Of a stretch of 55,325 bases of DNA, positions 47,739 through 55,325 are shown in pieces (positions within the stretch are counted from its first letter, which is position 1; each line of letters starts with the position of its first letter). The notes below the pieces were generated by a model. The model was given only the letters and a program-made list of their open reading frames with translations. It had not been told where the DNA came from and ran no database searches. The stretch is from a virus (lineage: Duplodnaviria; Caudoviricetes): the IMG/VR virus record IMGVR_UViG_3300044606_000259, positions 1-55,325 of that record. The stretch is one strand, 5' to 3'. The position numbers and the translations under genes are program-made.

Positions 47739-48137
47739 ATGGCCGAACGTGTGATGTTGGGCCTAGGCGAGTTTCGTTTTGAAATCGCCACGCTCGCTTA
47801 CCAAAAATTCTCACTCAACCAGTCCTGGCGCTGGCAAGAGCAGGCACGTATCAACCGAGATCCCGCCTTGCAGTTCGTTGGACGCAACGTTGGCGAGATC
47901 GAACTCGACGGCGTGATTTACCCGAGCTTCAAAGGCGGCCTGGTGCAGATCGAAGCCATGAGATCCCTTGCTGACGCCGGCAAGCCGCTGCAACTGGTCG
48001 ATGGTCTGGGTCGTATCTGGGGTGCCTGGGCGATCACGGAGATCGGGGACACCCGAACCGTGTTTGCCGATGACGGCCAGCCCAGGAAGCTGGAGTTCCG
48101 CATCAAGCTCAAGGCCTACGGGGAGGATCAGCGATGA
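47739..48137 (+). CDS. tail protein (P2 gpU family)
   Basis: MLGLGEFRF; PALQFVG; LVDG.G..WG.W. Confidence 0.88.
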   Translation: MAERVMLGLGEFRFEIATLAYQKFSLNQSWRWQEQARINRDPALQFVGRNVGEIELDGVIYPSFKGGLVQIEAMRSLADAGKPLQLVDGLGRIWGAWAITEIGDTRTVFADDGQPRKLEFRIKLKAYGEDQR

Positions 48138-48352
48138 GCCGCCCCCTCTTCAAGCGCGTGATCACCCGGGATGGGGATGTGCTCGATGACCTGATCTGGC
48201 AGCACTACGGGAGAGGGGATGTACTGGCTTCCGTGCTTGAGGCCAATCCCGCTCTGGCGCAGTTGCCCCCGGTCCTTACCGCTGGCCTGGTGATCGAGCT
48301 GCCTGAGCTGCCGTTGCCGGCAGAAGCGCCGGTGATCCGGCTGTGGTCATGA
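48134..48352 (+). CDS. tail protein X (LysM-like)
   Basis: GDVLD.L.W.HYG..VLEANP.LA..IRLW. Confidence 0.9.
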   Translation: MSRPLFKRVITRDGDVLDDLIWQHYGRGDVLASVLEANPALAQLPPVLTAGLVIELPELPLPAEAPVIRLWS

Positions 48353-48362
48353 GGGGGCATCG

Positions 48363-49448
48363 ATGCAACCGATCTTCCGTCTCTACGCCGACAGCCAAGA
48401 GATCACCGCTGCCATTCGCGACCGGCTGATCGAGCTGGTGGTCACCGACGAAGCCGGCATCCAGTCCGACGAGCTGAAACTGACCCTCGATGATCGTCGC
48501 CGTGAGGATAGCGCGATCGCGCAGCTGCCGCGCATCGGCACGGTGCTGACCGTGTTCATGGGCTACGCCGAAACCCGGCTGGTATCGATGGGGCGCTTCA
48601 TTGTCGACGAGGTCGAGATGCGCTCGCCACCGGCCACGCTGACGGTCTCGGCCAAGGCCGCCGATATGGTCGGGCCGTTTCGCAGCCCCAAGACCCGCTC
48701 CTGGGATGCGACCACCCTGGGCCAGCTGGTCGAGGCCATTGCTGCCGAGCATCGGTACGAGGCCAAGATCGATCCCGAACTCGGCGCCATTGCCATCCCG
48801 CATCTGGACCAGACCGAGGAATCGGACATGGCGCTGCTCACGCGCCTGGCCGCCAAGCACGATGCCGTGGCCAAAGCCGTGGCGGGGTTTCTCGTGCTGG
48901 GCAAGCAAGGGGCGATCAAGACCGTCACCGGCCAGGTGATGCCGACGATCTCTCTCAATGCCAATGAGCTGGCCGAATGGCGCTACCGACACTCGGCGCG
49001 CAAACCCGGCGGGAGTGGCTCCACCAGTGACCGCGACACTTCGTCACCACCGACGACAGCAACCGGTGGCACACGCGCCTACTGGTGGGATTTCGAGAAG
49101 GGCGAGCGCCGGGAAGTGACAACCGGCCAGCCACCGTTCGAGGAAATCCGCTACGTCCACGCCACGGAAGCCGAGGCCAGGGCGGCAGCGGCCACGCGCA
49201 AGAACACCGGCGAACGGGGACAGGGTGAACTGTCGTTCAGCCTGCCTGGCGATCCGAGGCTGGCTGCCGAAGGCCGGCTGTCGATCTCCCCGCGCCCGGG
49301 CATACCCACCGACTGGCGCATCAAGCGCGTCGAGCACCGCCTCGGCACCCAGGGCTACACCACTCAGGTCGAGTGCGAGCGCTTCACGGAATCGCCCGTG
49401 CCAGTGAATGACGCGCCGACTACAGCCACCACCGAATCCAACAGATAA
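48363..49448 (+). CDS. baseplate hub / late control protein D
   Basis: TDEAG..SD.L.L.LDD; HLDQT.ESD..LLTRLA. Confidence 0.9.
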   Translation: MQPIFRLYADSQEITAAIRDRLIELVVTDEAGIQSDELKLTLDDRRREDSAIAQLPRIGTVLTVFMGYAETRLVSMGRFIVDEVEMRSPPATLTVSAKAADMVGPFRSPKTRSWDATTLGQLVEAIAAEHRYEAKIDPELGAIAIPHLDQTEESDMALLTRLAAKHDAVAKAVAGFLVLGKQGAIKTVTGQVMPTISLNANELAEWRYRHSARKPGGSGSTSDRDTSSPPTTATGGTRAYWWDFEKGERREVTTGQPPFEEIRYVHATEAEARAAAATRKNTGERGQGELSFSLPGDPRLAAEGRLSISPRPGIPTDWRIKRVEHRLGTQGYTTQVECERFTESPVPVNDAPTTATTESNR

Positions 49449-49461
49449 GGAGACAAGCACT

Positions 49462-49794
49462 GTGACCCCTGACAAAGATCCTTCGACCTACGGCCTGATC
49501 ACCTACCTGTGGGTGACCGGGCTGGCCGCCTGGGGTGGCTTGGTCAATTTCTACCGCAAGGTGAAGTCCGGCGAGACCCGGGCTTTCAATGTGGTGGAGC
49601 TCATTGGCGAGATCGCCACCTCGGCCTTCGCCGGCCTCATCACCTTCTGGCTGTGCGAGGCCGCGCAGTTCAACCCTCTGGTCACTGCCGCCCTGGTCGG
49701 CATCTCTGGCCACATGGGCAGCCAGGCCATCTATCAACTGGAGCGCTGGGCACAAAAGCGCCTGGGCACACCCGTAGAAAGGGAGCGGCCATGA
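49462..49794 (+). CDS. phage holin
   Basis: SD AAGGAG, GTG start; three hydrophobic segments; precedes the endolysin. Confidence 0.75.
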   Translation: MTPDKDPSTYGLITYLWVTGLAAWGGLVNFYRKVKSGETRAFNVVELIGEIATSAFAGLITFWLCEAAQFNPLVTAALVGISGHMGSQAIYQLERWAQKRLGTPVERERP

Positions 49795-50309
49795 ACGCCA
49801 TCGATACGATCCTCGACGACATCCTTCGCCGGGAAGGCGGCTACGTGAATCACCCCGCCGACCGGGGTGGGCCAACGAACTTCGGCATCACCGCGCAGAC
49901 GCTGGGTAGCTGGCGCAAGCTGGACCGTCCGGCCTCGGCCGCTGAGGTGCAAGCGCTGACGGAAACGGAGGCCCGCGCCATCTACCGCCAGCAGTACATC
50001 ACTGGCCCTGGCTTCGAGGCCATGACCCATCCGGCACTGTTGCATCTGCTGGTGGACGCCGGCGTGCATTCAGGGCCGAAGCGGGCGGTGCAGTGGTTGC
50101 AGGCTGCGCTCGGTGTCACGGCCGATGGCGTGATCGGTCCCAAGACCCGCGCAGCACTCGCTACCGCCGACCAAGGTGTGCTCTATGGCAAAGTGCTCGG
50201 ACAGCGCCTGCGCCATCTCGGAAGGCTGATCACCAACGATCCCAGGCAGTCGGCGTTCGCCGCTGGCTGGATGAACCGGATGGCCGAATTCGTGGAGGGC
50301 ACGGCATGA
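49791..50309 (+). CDS. endolysin, glycoside hydrolase family 108 with PG-binding domain
   Basis: EGGYVNHPADRGGPTNFGIT; DGVIGPKT; GWMNR. Confidence 0.92.
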   Translation: MNAIDTILDDILRREGGYVNHPADRGGPTNFGITAQTLGSWRKLDRPASAAEVQALTETEARAIYRQQYITGPGFEAMTHPALLHLLVDAGVHSGPKRAVQWLQAALGVTADGVIGPKTRAALATADQGVLYGKVLGQRLRHLGRLITNDPRQSAFAAGWMNRMAEFVEGTA

Positions 50310-50734
50310 CCCCATTGCTGACCACTTTGGCGCCAGGCCTGCTCGAAGCCGGTAGCCGCCTGATCGACCGCCTGGTGCCGGACCCCGCCGAGCGGGAGAA
50401 AGCCAAGCTCGCGCTGCTGCAGGCAGAAGGTCAGTTGGCACTGCAGGAGATGCAGACGAGTCTCTCGGCGATCCTGGCCGAGGCCAACTCGCCGGACCCC
50501 TGGACCAGCCGGGCACGCCCGACCTTCCTGTACGTGATCTACGGCGTGATCCTGCTGTGCGTGATGGGCGCCATCATCGGCATCTGGTGGCCAACGCACG
50601 TTTTCCAGGCAGCGGAGAACCTGAACAAACTGCTGGGTGCGGTGCCCGAAAGCCTGTGGTGGCTCTTTGGTGCCGGCTACCTTGGCTACACCGGGGCGCG
50701 CAGCTTCGACAAGTGGCGTGGGCCGGTACGCTGA
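50306..50734 (+). CDS. holin-like membrane protein (3TM/GTA-holin-like)
   Basis: IDRLVPDP..REKAKL; W.SRARP; GYLGY..ARS.DK. Confidence 0.7.
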   Translation: MTPLLTTLAPGLLEAGSRLIDRLVPDPAEREKAKLALLQAEGQLALQEMQTSLSAILAEANSPDPWTSRARPTFLYVIYGVILLCVMGAIIGIWWPTHVFQAAENLNKLLGAVPESLWWLFGAGYLGYTGARSFDKWRGPVR

Positions 50735-50768
50735 CCGGTGCTGCCCGACACGACAACCTGACACGACG

Positions 50769-50816
50769 ATCCCCCGATCTCACTGCCTTCACGGGTGGTG
50801 GGGTCGGGGGATTTTT
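50769..50816 (+). terminator. terminator ending the late operon
   Basis: ATCCCCCGATCTCACTGCC..GGTGGTGGGGTCGGGGGAT stem followed by T run. Confidence 0.75.
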
Positions 50817-50838
50817 GCGTTTGGTGGTGAGTAGACAA

Positions 50839-51453
50839 TTACGCCGATTGCTCGGTACGGGCTTTGAGGATGCTTTCGATCAAGCGATACACAGTCGTCT
50901 GCCCGAGGCTTCTTGGCCAGTCGGAGCACGGCGGGTGATCCCGTTTCTTTGCGCGGCGAATGGCATCGTCGATTTGCGACTGACTGATTTTCCGCGTGTC
51001 GATGCCCTTGTCGTAGTCCGGAATCCAGCGTTTGAGTCGATCTGTGCAGTCGCGCGATGAGGTGACCCCCGTGCCATCCTCAAAGTGCAGCAGTAACCAG
51101 TATTCGAACTTGGGGTTGCTGAGTGCGAAGCCGTAGTTCTCTTGCTGCAATGACCATTGGTGCAGTTGCGTCAGCTGCTCATCGGTCCACTGATCCTTGT
51201 CCACCACCAGCCACGCTTCGTCAGACGACTTGAGTCCTTCGCTCTCGAGGTGGTCAGTCATTCGCTTCAATACCTGCGGCGGCGAGCTGTCGTGTTTGCC
51301 TTTTAGGCAGCTCACCCGCACGATGGAGGTGTCGTCGGCGAAGATGCCGAAATAAAGCGGCTCGGTTTTGATGCCTTCGGCCGCGATGAGGAACAGCTTC
51401 TTGTAGCGCCGCTCTCCCAGCGGTCGCTGGAATTTTCGTCGCTGCGCTGCCAC
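50839..51453 (-). CDS. RloB-family (AbiLii-like) protein
   Basis: [29 protein letters not shown]. Confidence 0.85.
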   Translation of the reverse strand: MAAQRRKFQRPLGERRYKKLFLIAAEGIKTEPLYFGIFADDTSIVRVSCLKGKHDSSPPQVLKRMTDHLESEGLKSSDEAWLVVDKDQWTDEQLTQLHQWSLQQENYGFALSNPKFEYWLLLHFEDGTGVTSSRDCTDRLKRWIPDYDKGIDTRKISQSQIDDAIRRAKKRDHPPCSDWPRSLGQTTVYRLIESILKARTEQSA

Positions 51454-52796
51454 TACTGCACCTCCTCTGCGGCTGAGTTCTCGTCGCTCTCAGCAAAATT
51501 GCTGCTGAGCAAAATGCGAGGTATGCCGCCAAGTCGGCCCTGTAAATAGCTCTTGCGGATGTCCTTGTCGTACCGAACATCTTTGTACTCAGCGAAGGAA
51601 ACCAGCGTCGATGCACCTGTGGGTTTGCGCTCAGCCACCCACATCTCATCACGGCGCAGCAACTGCTGGTCCATCAGCAAGACATCGTGGGTGGTCAGCA
51701 GAAGCTGCGAGCGGGTGTCGGCAGAGCAACTGGCCAGGTACGCTTCCAGCAGGCGGCGTGTCAGCAAGGTGTGAAGGCTCCGATCCACCTCATCGATTAC
51801 GAACACTTTCTTTGATCCGGGAGCCGCGAGTTCCAGGAATGCGGGCAGCAGATCAATGACACGCTGCGACCCATCGGACTCTTGCCGGATCTCGAATTTT
51901 GCTTCTGTGCCGTCAGTCTTTGGGTGGTAAGTCACCAGCTTCTTGGCGATCAGATCACCGTTCTTGCGCGTGAAGACGAAGCGCTCGTTCTTATCCGACA
52001 TCAGGCGAATCGTCATGCCTTCCTTGACGTCCTCCTGAAGCATCATCTTCATGGGTTCAGGCAGGGGAATATTCTCGAAGGGAATATCTTCGCCACCCAG
52101 ATGTGCAATGCCTGTGTCGAGCTGCGGCAGCATCTCGTTCATCGTGGCATAGAGCGGGTGACCGTCATCGAGGAACTGCTCAAAAGGCTCGAAGCGCGAG
52201 TCCGGTGCAACCAAGTCCAGCGTGTCTTTGAACCAGTCATAGACAGGGCGGAAGTTCTCCACCTTCTGGGAAACCGAGTTCGTCAGGAACAGCTGGTTGT
52301 CGCGCGTGCCCTTGAACGCAAACTGCAGGAATTGATCCTTTTTCAGCGCCTCGTCGAAGTCGATTTTGTTGCCTCGACGCGAGTAGAGCACCCGCTCGCT
52401 GGTGCTGGTGATGACGACCAGCTTCTCGTCCAGGACGGCCTTGCGGTTCACCGAGAAGGCGAACTCGTAGATCGTCTCGTCAATCAGCAGCTCAAAAGCA
52501 AAGCGCGAGGGCTTGTCGATGCTGGCGTTGTCCAGACGAAAGCCTTCCACGGCCAAATGGCTATCGGGCTGGGTGCCCTTGACCACCAGCATCTTGGCGA
52601 AGTTCAGCGCTTTGAAGAAATTGGTCTTGCCAGAAGCATTGCCACCGTAGATGGCGGCAACCGGCAATACTCGGGTGTTGTACTTCCCGAGCTTGGGCAA
52701 TCTGTCTCCGTGCTGGCGCTCCCGACTGGCAACCATCGAGAAGGTGACGGAGTCGCGGAAAGACATCCAGTTTTCGACAGAGAAGCTAATGATCAT
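51453..52796 (-). CDS. AAA_21 ATPase (RloA/AbiLi-like)
   Basis: [57 protein letters not shown]. Confidence 0.88.
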   Translation of the reverse strand: MIISFSVENWMSFRDSVTFSMVASRERQHGDRLPKLGKYNTRVLPVAAIYGGNASGKTNFFKALNFAKMLVVKGTQPDSHLAVEGFRLDNASIDKPSRFAFELLIDETIYEFAFSVNRKAVLDEKLVVITSTSERVLYSRRGNKIDFDEALKKDQFLQFAFKGTRDNQLFLTNSVSQKVENFRPVYDWFKDTLDLVAPDSRFEPFEQFLDDGHPLYATMNEMLPQLDTGIAHLGGEDIPFENIPLPEPMKMMLQEDVKEGMTIRLMSDKNERFVFTRKNGDLIAKKLVTYHPKTDGTEAKFEIRQESDGSQRVIDLLPAFLELAAPGSKKVFVIDEVDRSLHTLLTRRLLEAYLASCSADTRSQLLLTTHDVLLMDQQLLRRDEMWVAERKPTGASTLVSFAEYKDVRYDKDIRKSYLQGRLGGIPRILLSSNFAESDENSAAEEVQ

Positions 52797-52839
52797 GTGC
52801 TTACTCCTTATGAGCGAAAACCGCTTTAGTTGGTCTTAG

Positions 52840-52894
52840 ATTGTACTCGTTAGCCAATTTATATTCAAGTTAAAGAGAAAAAATCTCTTTAACT
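52840..52894 (-). promoter_or_regulatory. sigma70 promoter and 11-bp inverted repeat upstream of the rloA/rloB-like operon
   Basis: minus strand TTGAAT-N17-TACAAT; AGTTAAAGAGA-N5-TCTCTTTAACT at 52868-52894. Confidence 0.7.
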
Positions 52895-52897
52895 AGG

Positions 52898-54106
52898 TCA
52901 GGTCAGGGTTGCCGTGTGTACCTGATTCGCTGTCACCACCGGCCGCCGCCTCACGACATTCCCCACCACGTTGACCGCTTCCAGCATCGCCTGCGGCGAC
53001 AGGTGCGCATAGCGCATCGTCACCTTCGGATCGTGGTGACCCAGAAGCTTTTGCACCTCGTACAGCGACCGCCCTGCATTGACCAGGAAACTGGCGTAGC
53101 TGTGGCGCAGGTCGTGCAGCCGCACTTCCTCCAGCCCGACCTTTTTGCGGATCGAGTCCCAGGCGTAGAAGATCGACACCGGCGGCTTCTTGGTCTTGGG
53201 GTTGAAGAACACCCAGGGGATGTCCTCCTGCCGGGGCAGCGCCAGCAGCAATTCCACTGCTGCATCCGACAGGGGAATATGGCGCGGCTTCTTCGACTTC
53301 GACCGCGCCGCGGGCACCGTCAGCATCCGCCGGTTGAAATCGATCTCGTCCCAACGGGCATCCAGAATTTCCCGCTTGCGGGCGCCGGTGTAGAGCAGCA
53401 GCCGGATCACCTGGCCGACCTGCACATTGCGGTTGGTGTCCAACTCGTCAAACAGCCGCTGCACCTCGTCGGTCGTCAGGTAGCGCTCCCGCGCACCGTG
53501 GTCCTCGAAGGGCTCAACGCCATCGCAAGGATTGCTCTTGGGCGGCAGGATTTCCCAGCGGATCGCGCAGTTGTAGATGAACTTCATCAGCACGATCATC
53601 CGGTTGCAGGTGCCGGCCGCGTAGCCCTTCTCGAACACCGCGTGGTGGAAGGCCACTACATCGGAGCGGGTGATCCGGTTCATCCGAAACTCGGCAAACA
53701 CTGGCAGCAGGTGATTGCGCAGCATCGTCTCGTCCGTCTCCCAGCTGCGCTTGCGGGTCTTGGCGTAGGGCAGATACCGTTCGGCCACGAAATCCCCGAA
53801 GGTCGGCACATCCTTGAAGCGGTGGCTCTCCACTTTCGGGTCGCCGCCCTCGGTCACCATCTGCTTCATCTTGTGCGCCTTGGCCCGGGCGTCCGATACC
53901 GAAATCTCATCAGAGCGGCCAATCCGGTTCAACCGAACCTTGCTGGCCGCATCGCGGTAGCGGAAGTAAAAGGTGGCCCCGCCGCTGGCCCGGTGCTCCA
54001 GCAGGAAGCCTTTGATCTCCGTATCGAAGTAACTCACAGCCCCGGAGGCAGGCTCGCGACCTGGCAGTGTGGCCAGGAATTCGGTTGTCAACGCTTGTGC
54101 AGGCAT
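52898..54106 (-). CDS. int: tyrosine integrase with N-terminal arm-binding domain
   Basis: YFD....GF...GG..F.FRYR arm domain; catalytic TGARKRE, K, HDLRH, LLGH, RY. Confidence 0.95.
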   Translation of the reverse strand: MPAQALTTEFLATLPGREPASGAVSYFDTEIKGFLLEHRASGGATFYFRYRDAASKVRLNRIGRSDEISVSDARAKAHKMKQMVTEGGDPKVESHRFKDVPTFGDFVAERYLPYAKTRKRSWETDETMLRNHLLPVFAEFRMNRITRSDVVAFHHAVFEKGYAAGTCNRMIVLMKFIYNCAIRWEILPPKSNPCDGVEPFEDHGARERYLTTDEVQRLFDELDTNRNVQVGQVIRLLLYTGARKREILDARWDEIDFNRRMLTVPAARSKSKKPRHIPLSDAAVELLLALPRQEDIPWVFFNPKTKKPPVSIFYAWDSIRKKVGLEEVRLHDLRHSYASFLVNAGRSLYEVQKLLGHHDPKVTMRYAHLSPQAMLEAVNVVGNVVRRRPVVTANQVHTATLT

Positions 54107-54216
54107 CGTCGTGCTCCTCTATCTGTTGAGGGTCATGCTACGATACAATGCGCCGTAAAGGACATAAAAAGCGTCTAATAGACGAGAATATTTACCTACC
54201 CAAAAAGGAGTCGACC

Positions 54217-54468
54217 ATGATCGACGGAAGACAGATCCGCGCCGCACGCGCGATGCTGGGTTGGAGCCGGGACGACCTGCTCAAGGCCTCGGGCATCTCG
54301 ATGTCAGCGCTGCTGCGCATGGAAGGGGCACTGGCCGACAGCCGTGGCTCCACGCTCAACAAGGTGGCCAAGGCCCTGACCCTGGCCGGCATCGAATTCG
54401 TCACCCGCGATGACGGGGCGATAGGCGTGATCCTCAAGGCACAAAACCCGCCTCAACCGGCACAATGA
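54217..54468 (+). CDS. XRE-family HTH regulator divergent from the integrase
   Basis: QIRAARAMLGWS..DL..SGIS...L.R.E; AGIEF; SD AAGGAG. Confidence 0.85.
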   Translation: MIDGRQIRAARAMLGWSRDDLLKASGISMSALLRMEGALADSRGSTLNKVAKALTLAGIEFVTRDDGAIGVILKAQNPPQPAQ

Positions 54469-54497
54469 GCACAGCATCCCGAGCGCCCCAAAAGGCA

Positions 54498-54534
54498 CAA
54501 AGGCCACCTGATGAGACACATTGGGTGGCCTTTG
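54498..54534 (+). terminator. hairpin after the XRE gene
   Basis: CAAAGGCCACC-N15-GGTGGCCTTTG. Confidence 0.45.
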
Positions 54535-54763
54535 CACTAGATGGCTTCGGTTGGTAGGTAGTTGGTACGTCGGATTGGCTGTAAATTGCGTCTATATAGA
54601 TAGGTGACACGGCTAAGTCTTTGAAAAGACAAAGAAAATATCTGATCAGACTGAAAATATGCCTTTTGCGGTAGGAAAGTGGTCGGAAGTGGGCGCTTCG
54701 AGGGCTTCAAAGCGCGCGTAAGTCTTTGACTTATAAAGAGATTGCAGACTAGCTGGCTATTAC

Positions 54764-54770
54764 GCTCACT
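54764..54770 (+). repeat. candidate attR core GCTCACT
   Basis: Marks the switch from AT-rich non-coding DNA to S-layer-like coding sequence; matches 513-519 in frame. Confidence 0.7.
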
Positions 54771-55325
54771 ATTGGTGTGGATAACATCGTCGGCACCTCC
54801 GGCAATGACACTATCAACGGCAACTACGACCCGGTTGAGGCATTGCACCAATTCTCCGGCCTGGATGTCATCGACGGCGGTGATGGCACCGACACCCTGG
54901 CCCTGACGGATTCTGTTGGCGGCAATCTCGACCTCGGCGTCGCCACCGTCAAGAACGTTGAAGTGCTCAACGTCCGTTCAGTTGGCGCCATCGTTGGCAA
55001 CGGCGCCACTGCAAACGACGTCGATCTGACCACCTTCGCTTCCGGCCTGACGTCCGCCACCATCGACGTGGCTCAAGCCGCTGCCCTGACCGTGACGGCT
55101 GCCACCACCACCGCGCTGAACGTTTCCAGCAACAACGATGTGACCATCGTTGGTGCGGGCGGTGCTCTTGTGATCGATACCGATGGCGACGTGGTTGTGG
55201 GTAACAATGGCGCTGCGACTGCCGCCGACATCAACGCCCTGACCTCCGTCAGTGTGACCCAGGTGCTGGCTTCCGCCAAGAAGGCCGACATCACCGACAA
55301 CAGCGGCGCTGCCGGTGCTATGTAA
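54765..55325 (+). pseudogene. displaced, headless 3' part of an S-layer gene, ending at an early TAA
   Basis: LTIGVDNIVGTSGNDTING..DVIDGGDGTDTL..VKNVEVLNVRS is colinear with residues 172+ of ORF 1-2616; in-frame TAG at 54750; no DUF4214-type head and no clear SD. Confidence 0.8.

Larger units (their letters stand above)
513..54770. mobile_element. temperate prophage (lambda-like head, P2-like contractile tail), ~54.3 kb, integrated in the S-layer gene
   Basis: Integrase, replication, packaging, head, baseplate, tail and lysis modules all present; boundaries inferred from the in-frame GCTCACT repeat. Confidence 0.85.

Noticed and set aside
54470-54770. tRNA/tmRNA integration target near the integrase
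   Set aside because: No cloverleaf or tRNA 3'-end duplication recognised at either end.
54777-55325. Stand-alone 182-aa gene starting at GTG 54777, as in the ORF track
   Set aside because: S-layer homology extends upstream of the GTG to the GCTCACT site, there is no clear SD and the anchor domain is absent; better read as a displaced gene fragment.
1-55325. Campylobacter fetus-style S-layer inversion system
   Set aside because: Both S-layer parts are in direct orientation and share only a short core with a whole phage between them, which fits integration/excision rather than inversion.

Overview
The window holds an apparently complete ~54.3-kb temperate prophage: lambda-type head and cos packaging, P2-type contractile tail, primase-helicase replication, and a tyrosine integrase. 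It appears to be integrated inside a T1SS-secreted, RsaA/DUF4214-type S-layer gene. The main observation is that the 7-bp core GCTCACT occurs at 513-519 (codons 171-173 of the intact 871-aa S-layer ORF) and again at 54764-54770. The second copy lies in the same reading frame and at the equivalent protein position of a headless second S-layer 3' part just beyond the integrase. The simplest reading is that the phage carries its own S-layer 3' region (~520-2616 plus terminator). On integration this region fuses to the host 5' end and displaces the previous 3' end, giving integration-driven S-layer C-terminus swapping (surface/receptor conversion). This is inferred from sequence alone and needs an empty-site genome or excision PCR to confirm. 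The prophage also carries AbiH-like and AbiL(RloA/RloB)-like defence genes, two complete TA pairs, orphan antitoxin-like fragments, an XRE/ImmA regulatory pair and several repeated regulatory motifs. Family assignments come from motif recognition by eye, not from database searches.
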